Shown: piece after piece, positions 52,798 through 60,668 of the stretch | Layout: each line of letters opens with the position of its first letter | Position numbering within the stretch: the stretch's first letter is position 1 | Virus record (IMG/VR): IMGVR_UViG_3300016667_000484 | Coordinates: 1 to 64,000 of that record | Source: a virus | Taxonomy: Duplodnaviria; Heunggongvirae; Uroviricota; Caudoviricetes | Length of the DNA stretch: 64,000 nucleotides | Direction: 5' to 3' (one strand) | Notes under the pieces: model-generated | Seen by the model: only the letters and a program-made list of their open reading frames with translations | Told to the model about the DNA's origin: nothing | The model's database searches: none | Program-made: the position numbers and the translations under genes

Positions 52798-52873
52798 TGG
52801 TGAACCAGGTGAGACTCGAACTCACGTTGTCGCGGATTAAGAGCCCGCCGCTAAACCCCTCAGCTACCGGTCC
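52798..52873 (-). tRNA. tRNA-Lys(CTT)
   Basis: Loop CUCUUAA, A73. Confidence 0.7.
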
Positions 52874-52961
52874 ATATTCATTACTTGGAAGATACACTCT
52901 ATGCTTCGAGAAGGATCACAGATCCTATCAGCAACTAGTACGGAGAGTATCGTCAAAGTAA

Positions 52962-53037
52962 TGGAGGGCCGAGTGGGACTCGAACCCACGTACTCCGATT
53001 AAAAGTCGGGTGCTAAAACCACCTCAGCTACCGGCCC
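52962..53037 (-). tRNA. tRNA-Lys(TTT)
   Basis: Loop CUUUUAA, U73. Confidence 0.7.
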
Positions 53038-53140
53038 ATTCCTGTCTCAGCGCCATCTTATCATCGCGGCGTTGAGCTTTCTTGCTCTTCTCGTGCACAC
53101 CTGAACCACGCTTGTTGATCAGGTGTTGGACGAAAGGATT

Positions 53141-53320
53141 ACGAGCTTTGGGAAGCTCCTTTTGTTTTCGCTTCATCTTCCTTCTCCATGAACTCTACGG
53201 TCATCTTACCGTCAGGCCATTGCTTGAGTTGCTTCATCCAGTAACGGTAGACACCATAGCCGCGATGAACTTTGTTGAGGTAACTCAGGTTTCCGGTGTG
53301 TATCAATCTTTGTTTCATGA
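53141..53320 (-). CDS. small hypothetical protein (59 aa)
   Basis: MKQRLIHTGNLSYLNKVHRGYGVYRYWMKQLKQW. A second, 50-aa basic ORF at 53024-53176 overlaps it out of frame, has a strong RBS (GGAGAAGGAAG) and runs into tRNA-Lys. Confidence 0.35.
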
Positions 53321-53396
53321 TTACTTCTACAACCGTTCTTGCCCGGTGTCAACCGTTATTTTCAACTTTTTTGAAAATTTTACAGAACGATTGAAG

Positions 53397-54200
53397 TTAT
53401 CTAGCCGCGATGTACCCGGTAGAAGTAGAGTTTACGTTTCCGTTGTTGAAGTTTGAAACACAGTCTACAGGTGTCACGCTAGCAGGATTTTGTATGTACA
53501 TATACAACCGTATTGCGTTGTTGCCATCGGTGTAATCAAGAATCGTCGACGTAGTCGGACTAAATGTCCCGCTTATGCCAGTACTCCAACTTCCCATGAC
53601 TGATACAGCGATTGTCGTTGCGTCAGCTTCGGCTAATGAAGTAGTGATAGTGTATGAAGGAGAATTGTTGATGCCGGCATATGATCCAGTGTCGACGGAT
53701 GTTGTGCTTCTTATGTCTCTCGATGGTCTTAAGATATACACTGCATACAAGCCACCAGAATTTACACTCCATCCACTTATTGTAGCGCCACTTTCGTTAC
53801 CTGTGGCCAGCGCATAAGACAGACTTGTGCCAGAGCTGCTATATAGTCCGTTATCGTTTCCCGCATAAGAAATCATCCTGAAGCCAGATCCAACTTCAGT
53901 TGGACTTGAATCACTAGCTCTCCATCCGACTATGATGATGTCGCCAAGTTTGATTCCGGTCGGCATTACTATTGAACCCGTGCTTGATCCAGTCTTTGAC
54001 GCAACTACACTAAAGTTAATCGCGTTCGCTGTTCCATAGAACATACTTAAAGACAGAGTGCCACTTGTTGGTATAGCTGTCACTGTTCTGTCTACAAGTC
54101 CAGCATTTCTATAGTAATCATTTAACTTAGTTGGAATCGATCCACCAAACTCAGATCTTAAGTCAGAAAGGGATATAGCACCGGTCGATGGTAAAGGCAT
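53397..54200 (-). CDS. Ser/Thr/Gly-rich protein (possible structural or fibre-like protein)
   Basis: 267 aa of low-complexity S/T/G-rich sequence with beta-rich repeats. Confidence 0.5.
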   Translation of the reverse strand: MPLPSTGAISLSDLRSEFGGSIPTKLNDYYRNAGLVDRTVTAIPTSGTLSLSMFYGTANAINFSVVASKTGSSTGSIVMPTGIKLGDIIIVGWRASDSSPTEVGSGFRMISYAGNDNGLYSSSGTSLSYALATGNESGATISGWSVNSGGLYAVYILRPSRDIRSTTSVDTGSYAGINNSPSYTITTSLAEADATTIAVSVMGSWSTGISGTFSPTTSTILDYTDGNNAIRLYMYIQNPASVTPVDCVSNFNNGNVNSTSTGYIAAR

Positions 54201-54318
54201 ATTTGATCACCTATTGGATTGTTGATGATCACAATTAGTCTTAGTGATGCATCAGAGTTGTGAAAGTATTTATATAGGTGATAGTCGTGTATAATTTCAT
54301 CTTTCCATAAATATTCGC

Positions 54319-54807
54319 ATGAAAAGAATCTTACCGTTACTCATTCTGCTCGGGTGTTCGAGTCACGTGACTCTTCACCGTGTCATGCCACCCCTGTCGC
54401 CGGTTGATACCGCAGCGGCTATGGTTGGCCTTGATGAACACTCATCGAGAGAACAGATTCACAACCTTATTGGTGTTGATCCTGTATCTTATCAATGGTG
54501 TGCGGCGTTTGTCAACTCAATTCTGAAGCTCCATAACATACCCGGATCAGAAACTGTAAGCGAACATCCATTGACTGCTCGTAGCTTCTTGAAGTGGGGT
54601 ATGCCGGTTTCAGAACCACGACTCGGAGACATAGTAGTCTTCGAACGCAATGGTAATGGTTGGCAAGGCCACGTTGGTTTCTATATCGAGACGACCGTCG
54701 TAGAAGGTGTCCCAAGTTACGTAGTCCTTGGTGGAAACCAAAACAACGAGATAGGATACGATACGTATCCGATCTCAAGGTTGCTTGGAATCCGAAGACT
54801 ACCCTGA
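54319..54807 (+). CDS. lipoprotein with NlpC/P60- or CHAP-like Cys-His peptidase domain
   Basis: Lipobox LLILLGCSS. YQWCAAFV supplies the Cys and GHVGFY the His. Confidence 0.6.
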   Translation: MKRILPLLILLGCSSHVTLHRVMPPLSPVDTAAAMVGLDEHSSREQIHNLIGVDPVSYQWCAAFVNSILKLHNIPGSETVSEHPLTARSFLKWGMPVSEPRLGDIVVFERNGNGWQGHVGFYIETTVVEGVPSYVVLGGNQNNEIGYDTYPISRLLGIRRLP

Positions 54808-55056
54808 CTCTGTTTTCAACTGCACAATCACGAATCGAACGTGTTTTCTTGTCACTGACTATATAGTCCACTACCCAGTAGCTACAATGGGTTATTGTGC
54901 ATGTGAAAACAGAATCGCTTCTGTTTCCAGTTCCATCATCGGGCATCCCCTAGGAACAAAGCTTAAATTTTCAATGAGCTGGGATGATTGATACGATCTC
55001 TTCGATCCCGAGTTTTTCTTCTATACTAGATCGACACGAATGTCAACCGTTATTTT

Positions 55057-55132
55057 TGGAGGGCTGCGAAGGACTCGAACCTTCATACACCGATTTGCGG
55101 TCGGCCCCGTAACCAGTTCCGAACAGCAGCCC
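55057..55132 (-). tRNA. tRNA-Cys(GCA) variant with C32-C33
   Basis: Acceptor GGGCUGC/GCAGCCC, U73, stem GCCGA/UCGGU, loop CCGCAAA. Confidence 0.55.
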
Positions 55133-55408
55133 AAATGGAAAACCCCTCCGAGACTTTCGTCTGGAGGGGTTGGTTTTCTCTAACCATGTACACCTGGCGT
55201 TAGCCGACGTACCCCCTCATGTTCATAATATTAAGCTGTTCACCGCGCATAATAAAGCGATAGCAAGGTAGTACCTGCTTATGCTTTACGACTGATGCGC
55301 TAGTGGGTTTCATTGAAGGAGAATCCTTGGTTAGTTTGTTCTGTTAAGACTATTTATACACTGGTTTCGGAAGATGTCAACAAAAAAGTGCGCTTTTCCG
55401 AAATTTTT

Positions 55409-55852
55409 TCAGGCAGAGAATGCCTTCAGTTGCCATGCCATCTTCTCGTGCCAGTCGATACGATCCTCGAGGTAGTTCACGAGACCATACTGCGAGTACT
55501 TCTCTGCGAGAGTGTGAGCGGCGTTGAGTTCTTCGAGAAGAGTGTCGTTGTCTGCAGCCAGACGAGCGATCATCGAGAGAGCATCAGGGATGTTGAGCTC
55601 ATCTTGAATGTGAGTCAGAGACATGAAGCGAGACAGCGAAGCTGGAGCAAATGCACCAAGTGCGCGGATGTGCTCAGCGATGTCGTCGATCGATCCGTGA
55701 ACTGCGTCGTAGTAATCACCGATGAAGTCATGGTACTGTGCGAAGTTTGGACCAGTGACGTTCCAGTGGAATCCGTGGGCTTTAAGATATAGGGTGAATG
55801 CCGACGCCAGTACGACTTTCATCTGATCAACAAGTTGTTCCATTATACTCAT
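55409..55852 (-). CDS. dps: Dps (ferritin-like DNA-binding protein)
   Basis: FTLYLKAHGFHWNVTGPNF is a Dps signature. TATAAATA at 55881-55888. Confidence 0.85.
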   Translation of the reverse strand: MSIMEQLVDQMKVVLASAFTLYLKAHGFHWNVTGPNFAQYHDFIGDYYDAVHGSIDDIAEHIRALGAFAPASLSRFMSLTHIQDELNIPDALSMIARLAADNDTLLEELNAAHTLAEKYSQYGLVNYLEDRIDWHEKMAWQLKAFSA

Positions 55853-55880
55853 CCTTATGGTTGTTGGTTGATTGTACGAG

Positions 55881-55888
55881 TATTTATA
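55881..55888 (-). promoter_or_regulatory. TATAAATA late promoter upstream of dps
   Basis: Exact octamer on the minus strand between tRNA-Met and dps. Confidence 0.5.
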
Positions 55889-55891
55889 TGT

Positions 55892-55967
55892 TGGTGCTCC
55901 CGGAGGGACTCGAACCCACGATCAAGGCGTTATGAGCGCCCGGCTTTAGCCGCTAAGCTACAGGAGC
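55892..55967 (-). tRNA. tRNA-Met/Ile2(CAT)
   Basis: D-arm GCUU AGCGGCUA AAGC, anticodon stem GGGCG/CGCCU, loop CUCAUAA. Confidence 0.7.
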
Positions 55968-56091
55968 ATACGTCAATATCCTGGTTGGTAGAAGTGCTTG
56001 GAGTTGAACCAAGTCGAGAACGCTGATCTGGCGCTAGAAGGTTTATAAGGCCTCCCTGTGTACCGACACCCACTTCCACAAAGCAGGATAT

Positions 56092-56168
56092 TGGTGCCCC
56101 CGGTCGGACTCGAACCGACACTGTAGAGATTTTAAGTCTCCTGCCTCCTGCCGTTGGGCTACGAGGGC
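56092..56168 (-). tRNA. class-I tRNA with leucine anticodon TAA
   Basis: Acceptor GCCCUCG/CGGGGGC, A73, anticodon stem GGAGA/UCUCU, loop CUUAAAA, short variable loop. Confidence 0.6.
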
Positions 56169-56173
56169 ATAAA

Positions 56174-56249
56174 TGGCGCGCCCGGAAGGAATCGAACCCT
56201 CATCGTAGAGTTTAGAAGACTCTTGCCTTATCCATTAGACCACGGACGC
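56174..56249 (-). tRNA. tRNA-Arg(TCT)
   Basis: Anticodon stem AGAGU/ACUCU, loop CUUCUAA, G73. Confidence 0.7.
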
Positions 56250-56264
56250 ATATTTGTATTTATA

Positions 56265-56465
56265 TCAGCTCTTGCTGAAGATCGCCGCAAAAATAAGGAC
56301 GATCAGGAAGATCACAATGACGAAAGCCAGAGGGCCCCACAGCGGCGCAAGAACCCACCACCACGACCAAGTGATGTAGCCCATCAGTTTCAAGGTGATG
56401 AAGACGATGGCGAGAAGGCCAAAGAAGCCGACGCCGCCCGATTGTGTTTGAGTGTTATTTGCCAT
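56265..56465 (-). CDS. small membrane protein
   Basis: 66 aa, Trp-rich transmembrane helices. Confidence 0.5.
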   Translation of the reverse strand: MANNTQTQSGGVGFFGLLAIVFITLKLMGYITWSWWWVLAPLWGPLAFVIVIFLIVLIFAAIFSKS

Positions 56466-56466
56466 T

Positions 56467-56700
56467 TCAGTTCAGCCTTTCATTCCAATAAGCTGCAGCT
56501 TGAGCTTTCAAAGTGTGATTTGCCATGCCGTTCTTATTGGCCCAGGCAATGACGTCGTCCCGAACAGCACGTTCATGTTCTGAGATGACCGGTTTAGCGA
56601 TGAGGCGAAGCATCTCATCTTTCACTGGAGCCCATTCAGTCATGATTCGTTTCTGAGAGGCAAACCATTCAGTGTCGTCGAATACCATCATACTTCCCAC
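56467..56700 (-). CDS. hypothetical protein
   Basis: 77-aa ORF. Confidence 0.5.
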   Translation of the reverse strand: MGSMMVFDDTEWFASQKRIMTEWAPVKDEMLRLIAKPVISEHERAVRDDVIAWANKNGMANHTLKAQAAAYWNERLN

Positions 56701-56891
56701 TTCCTCTTGTTCTTCAGCGCATCAGAGGCGCAATCGATATAGTCTTTGTCTTCGTCAGACAGGTGAGCCCAGTACATAGACAATCCTTCGATGGACTCGG
56801 CAACAGACGACGGCAACTCAAGATGCATCTGAGTATTCATCAGATGTTCTAGTGCAGCCATCTTACGTTCAACTTTTTCGGTGATAGTCAT
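56688..56891 (-). CDS. hypothetical protein
   Basis: 67-aa ORF. Confidence 0.5.
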   Translation of the reverse strand: MTITEKVERKMAALEHLMNTQMHLELPSSVAESIEGLSMYWAHLSDEDKDYIDCASDALKNKRKWEV

Positions 56892-57040
56892 GTTGCTTCC
56901 TCCATCGATGATTCGAGACGAGCGAACTCAGAAGCAAGACGCTGACGTTCTTTGCGAAGCATCTCCCGCATTTTGGCTGGATCGGTGCTTTCGCGAAGCA
57001 CTTCTTCGATGAAGTCAATCATGTCGATCAAATCAAGCAT
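56888..57040 (-). CDS. small acidic protein (50 aa)
   Basis: RBS AACGGAGGAAACGTGA before ATG. Its stop overlaps the next start. Confidence 0.45.
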   Translation of the reverse strand: MLDLIDMIDFIEEVLRESTDPAKMREMLRKERQRLASEFARLESSMEEAT

Positions 57041-57225
57041 TCACGTTTCCTCCGTTACAGTATAGATCTATACCAGTTAGATCGTGATGTCAACAGAAAA
57101 GTGCTGCTTATTCGTACATAGTTTCGACGAAGCGAACATCATCAACTCGCTTCAACCAAGCCCCTGCGGTCTCAGGAGAAACAAGAGCTGTCACGATGAT
57201 ACCGATGATCAGTGCAGCCAAGAGT

Positions 57226-57486
57226 TCACGCATTCTTCTTTCCTTTCGGTTTCTTTTTCGAGTCAGCAATAGACTTGGCCAGAGCTTTGCTCTTGTCCCA
57301 CATCTCTTGCACGTCTTTGTAACGCTGAGTGGTAATCCATGCACCGCTCATCGAACCCCAAGTCTGAATCGCCAAGGTTTTTGTGCGGTGGCTTTGGATG
57401 AGTCGTGCTTTCATGCCGACGGGTTCTTTGATCTCATCGATGATGTCGAACTGAACGCCGAAGTCGATGTTCTTGTCAGTCATCAC
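57226..57486 (-). CDS. hypothetical protein
   Basis: 86-aa ORF. A 41-aa membrane peptide ORF at 57108-57233 follows it. Confidence 0.5.
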   Translation of the reverse strand: MMTDKNIDFGVQFDIIDEIKEPVGMKARLIQSHRTKTLAIQTWGSMSGAWITTQRYKDVQEMWDKSKALAKSIADSKKKPKGKKNA

Positions 57487-57689
57487 TTGCTCCGTGCTTT
57501 GAGGTCGTTGAAGGAGAAGATGTTGCCCTTGAGGGAATGCTCACCACGAGTCAACGTAGCGAATGCCATCGGCCATTCGCCGAGTTCTTTGCAGACACGC
57601 TCTGCAACCTCTGAACCATGATTGGCGTCATTCGAGGAAGCAACGAGGTAAGAACCTTCACGAAACATCGCATACACGTCGTAAATCAT
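57483..57689 (-). CDS. hypothetical protein
   Basis: 68-aa ORF. Confidence 0.5.
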   Translation of the reverse strand: MIYDVYAMFREGSYLVASSNDANHGSEVAERVCKELGEWPMAFATLTRGEHSLKGNIFSFNDLKARSK

Positions 57690-57746
57690 GATCTTCTCCG
57701 TTGGTTACAAGAACAGTCTATACGGTATCTACGTAGATGTCAACCG

Positions 57747-58025
57747 TTATTTTTCGTCGCCGTGCCATTTTGCTTCGGGATCGTATTCGAACCCTTCGAA
57801 GCGCTCTTCGAGATGCTTGACATGACTCATGATTTGTGCTTTGAGCGTCTCAACCATCAACTTGCGGTCAATCTGCAGTTCAACACTGGATTGACCGACA
57901 GGTTTCGCCAGAAGATAAGCAGGGCCCGGTTTATCTTCAGAGTAAATATAGATGAGACGTTCCATCTTTTCGATGGCGTCAAGCGTAATGGCGATAGAGT
58001 TCAGACGAGCGAGATTCAGTTTCAT
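57747..58025 (-). CDS. hypothetical protein
   Basis: 92-aa ORF. Confidence 0.5.
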   Translation of the reverse strand: MKLNLARLNSIAITLDAIEKMERLIYIYSEDKPGPAYLLAKPVGQSSVELQIDRKLMVETLKAQIMSHVKHLEERFEGFEYDPEAKWHGDEK

Positions 58026-58052
58026 ATCAACCTCAGATGTTGTGTTCGTGAA

Positions 58053-58277
58053 TTAACCGCGAAAAACGGGGCGAATGTAGCTTTTTTCCATGATCTCGAT
58101 CATGGCCTTTTCACCGAGTGCTGCGTAGACATGATGCAAGACTTGAGCGAGCATCGACTCACAGACACCAAGCTTGTACGCTTCGGCATACTCCGGCGCA
58201 GCTTGGACAAAAGACGATTCACTCGCCATCTCAGTGAGACGACGTTCGATCGAGAGCATCACGTTGACTTCGGTCAT
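58053..58277 (-). CDS. hypothetical protein
   Basis: 74-aa ORF. Early promoter at 58305-58333. Confidence 0.5.
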   Translation of the reverse strand: MTEVNVMLSIERRLTEMASESSFVQAAPEYAEAYKLGVCESMLAQVLHHVYAALGEKAMIEIMEKSYIRPVFRG

Positions 58278-58304
58278 GGGCTAACTCCTTGTTGCCACAT
58301 GTTA

Positions 58305-58333
58305 GATATAAACAATCCCACCAGAGATGTCAA
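58305..58333 (-). promoter_or_regulatory. early promoter, same family
   Basis: gttagatataaacaatccc...agatgtcaact. Confidence 0.65.
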
Positions 58334-58352
58334 CTGGTGGGATGCACTTTTT

Positions 58353-58775
58353 TCAACTTTTTTGTAGATGCTTGAGGTGGTTCCTGTGGATCTTGCCTCC
58401 GACGAAAGCGTTGTAGTACTCGTTAGGCTTCAAGAGTACGTCTTTCTCAACTTGCTCTTTCATCTCGTAGTAGCTCATCTCAGCGGTGGTCTTACATAGT
58501 CGAAGGATTCTGCGCTCGAACCTCTCGGGACCAAACTCTTCGACCAAAGCCTTGACTTCTTCGCTTGAACCATAGTAGTCTAGCCAGTCAGACTCCGAGA
58601 CTACTTTGCGTTTACGTTTCTGACCTTTCAGCGGCTTAAGCGTTCTCGTCGCGCTCAGCTTCTTCTTGCCGATGTATTTCTTACCATTCAATGTGTCGGT
58701 GATTTCATAGACGAATCCAGCGTGGCCGTTAATGTCTTCCGAAGAGAATGGTTTCCCTTCGTAATACCAGGTCAT
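58353..58775 (-). CDS. small GIY-YIG domain endonuclease-like protein
   Basis: GFVYEITDTLNGKKYIGKKK GIY-YIG motif. 140 aa. Confidence 0.55.
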   Translation of the reverse strand: MTWYYEGKPFSSEDINGHAGFVYEITDTLNGKKYIGKKKLSATRTLKPLKGQKRKRKVVSESDWLDYYGSSEEVKALVEEFGPERFERRILRLCKTTAEMSYYEMKEQVEKDVLLKPNEYYNAFVGGKIHRNHLKHLQKS

Positions 58776-58938
58776 CGGTTTTCTTCATCGTCCCATTCAT
58801 CGATGTCGTCTTCATCTTCATCGTCTTTGAAGAGAGTCTCGCCACAGAATGGGCAAAATGCGACTTCATCTTCTTCGTAGTGCTTAACAGTGAATTCCGA
58901 GTCACATACTTCGCACACAAAATCTTCTTCTTCCATGA
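58774..58938 (-). CDS. acidic Zn-ribbon protein (54 aa)
   Basis: CEVCDS...CPFCG. RBS GGAGACC. Its stop is coupled to the start of 58775. It is preferred over the ORF-track frame 58729-58920. Confidence 0.45.
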
Positions 58939-59007
58939 ATGGTCTCCTAAAGTAAAGGGGCAGAAGGTTTCCCTCCCGCCCCTATTTATTCATCGTTTAT
59001 TCTGTGA

Positions 59008-60657
59008 TCAGGCTTCGCACACAGCGCAAGTCATTATGTCGCGGACGAGTTGCTGTGCTGGGTTCGTACCACGCTGATAGTAGAACGTCTTCACACCAAG
59101 TCTCCAGCCCTCGATGATCAGCGCATTGACATCCTTGACTGGAACGTCGGGAGAGATAAGAAGGTTCAAAGACTGGGCTTGGTCGATGTACTTCTGACGA
59201 GCTGCTGCTTGCTGAACGATGCTGATCGGTGCGATCTCCGAGAACGTCTTGAAGACGTCTTTCTCATGATCAGTCAAGAAGTCGAGGTGCTGAACCGAAC
59301 CGCCACGTTGCAGGATCGAGAACCAGACTTCGTCGGTGTTCTGACCATGAGCTTCGAGGACTGCCACGAGGTACGGGTTCTTATACGTGAACTTACCTTT
59401 CGCGAGGTCTTTCGTGAAATAATTCGAGGCAAGAGGTTCAATAGAAGGAGAAACCTGACCCAAGATGAAACTAGAAGAAGTAGTAGGAGCAATAGCACAA
59501 CGAGTAAGATTTCGTACACCATAACCAAGCAGTCCTTCTGGTTCACCATACTCTTCAGCAAGTTCTTTACTTGCAGCCAATGAACGGTCATCAATGAACT
59601 TCGAGATTTTGATCGCCAGCATATGCGCTTCAAACGACTCGAATGCAATCGACTTCGACTGAAGATACGAGTGCCAACCAAGTTGACCAAGGCCCAGAGC
59701 ACGCCAGTGACGAGCGAAGTTGTTCGAGGGCTCCATGTACTTCACGCCGTCGGTCTTCTCAATGTACTCTTCCATGACCGCGTCGAGGAACCAGATCATC
59801 ACTTCAACCGCGTCGGTATGGACCCACTCGTCGAACGTCAAGAGGTTCATCGAAGCGAGGTTACACACAAACGACCAATCACGTGAAGAAGGCAGAGCGA
59901 TCTCCGAGCAAAGGTTTGAAGCCCAGATCGGGATGTTCTTGTCTTTTAGAACTTGTGGTTTGTTGTTGTTCACAGTGTCGGTGAAGAACAAGTAGGGATA
60001 GCCAGTTTCCTTACGCTTACGTAGGACGCGTGCCCATACAGCACGCTTATCTGCATCACCAGCGATCATCTCTTCCATCCACTTATCGGTGATGGTTACA
60101 CCCATCGAGACGTTTTGGATCGGGCTTCCAACTTCGCGGATGTCGAGGAACTCCATGATGTCAGGATGTTCGATCGGCAGATACGCAGCGAACGAACCAC
60201 GACGAGTAGAACCTTGACTGATGACGTCTACACCAGTATCCCAGAGCGCGAGGTAGTACGCCGGACCATTTGCCTTACCATTTGCGCCGCCCTTGATGTC
60301 AGTCCCACGAGGACGGATCGAACCGAGATAGCCAGACGTACCCGCACCGAGTTTGCTCTGCGTACACACTTCGCCAAACTTGTCAAGGAAGCTCTCGACG
60401 GAGTCCTCGATGTAGACGCCGTTGCACGAGATAGGAAGTCCTTTGTTCGTACCAAAGTTCGACCACACAGGAGACGAAAGCGAGTAGTAACCTTTACTCA
60501 TGTAGTCATAGAACTTATCAGAAAAACCAGGCTTGTCAAGAATCTTTTCTGCTGCCTTTGCGATTTCCCGTACTCGTTCCTCGACTGTCATGTTACCATC
60601 AATGTAACCTCTCGAGAGGAAAGTTCGAGAGTCTTCGTTTGCCCATTCAAATCCCAT
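59008..60657 (-). CDS. nrdA: ribonucleotide reductase class I large subunit, ATP-cone-less
   Basis: NLCSEI active-site Cys and a C-terminal CAVCEA pair. Only 549 aa, with no N-terminal ATP cone. Confidence 0.9.
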   Translation of the reverse strand: MGFEWANEDSRTFLSRGYIDGNMTVEERVREIAKAAEKILDKPGFSDKFYDYMSKGYYSLSSPVWSNFGTNKGLPISCNGVYIEDSVESFLDKFGEVCTQSKLGAGTSGYLGSIRPRGTDIKGGANGKANGPAYYLALWDTGVDVISQGSTRRGSFAAYLPIEHPDIMEFLDIREVGSPIQNVSMGVTITDKWMEEMIAGDADKRAVWARVLRKRKETGYPYLFFTDTVNNNKPQVLKDKNIPIWASNLCSEIALPSSRDWSFVCNLASMNLLTFDEWVHTDAVEVMIWFLDAVMEEYIEKTDGVKYMEPSNNFARHWRALGLGQLGWHSYLQSKSIAFESFEAHMLAIKISKFIDDRSLAASKELAEEYGEPEGLLGYGVRNLTRCAIAPTTSSSFILGQVSPSIEPLASNYFTKDLAKGKFTYKNPYLVAVLEAHGQNTDEVWFSILQRGGSVQHLDFLTDHEKDVFKTFSEIAPISIVQQAAARQKYIDQAQSLNLLISPDVPVKDVNALIIEGWRLGVKTFYYQRGTNPAQQLVRDIMTCAVCEA

Positions 60658-60668
60658 GTGTGTTCTCC

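Noticed and set aside
52377-52961. Several 78-169-aa ORFs on both strands
   Set aside because: They run through six consecutive tRNA genes (Asn, Gln x2, His, Lys). Artefacts of tRNA sequence.
54512-54946. 144-aa minus-strand ORF
   Set aside because: Antisense to the lipoprotein gene, which has a lipobox and Cys-His domain, and it spans the hairpin repeats.
55981-56050. tRNA at the cttggagttgaaccaag hairpin
   Set aside because: Only a T-arm-like hairpin. No acceptor pairing and no D or anticodon arms.
36100-56250. Integrated mobile element or pathogenicity-island-like region
   Set aside because: No integrase, transposase or direct-repeat boundaries. The content (tRNAs, HEGs, T4-type promoters) fits a phage tRNA cluster. 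The only mobile elements are free-standing homing endonuclease genes.
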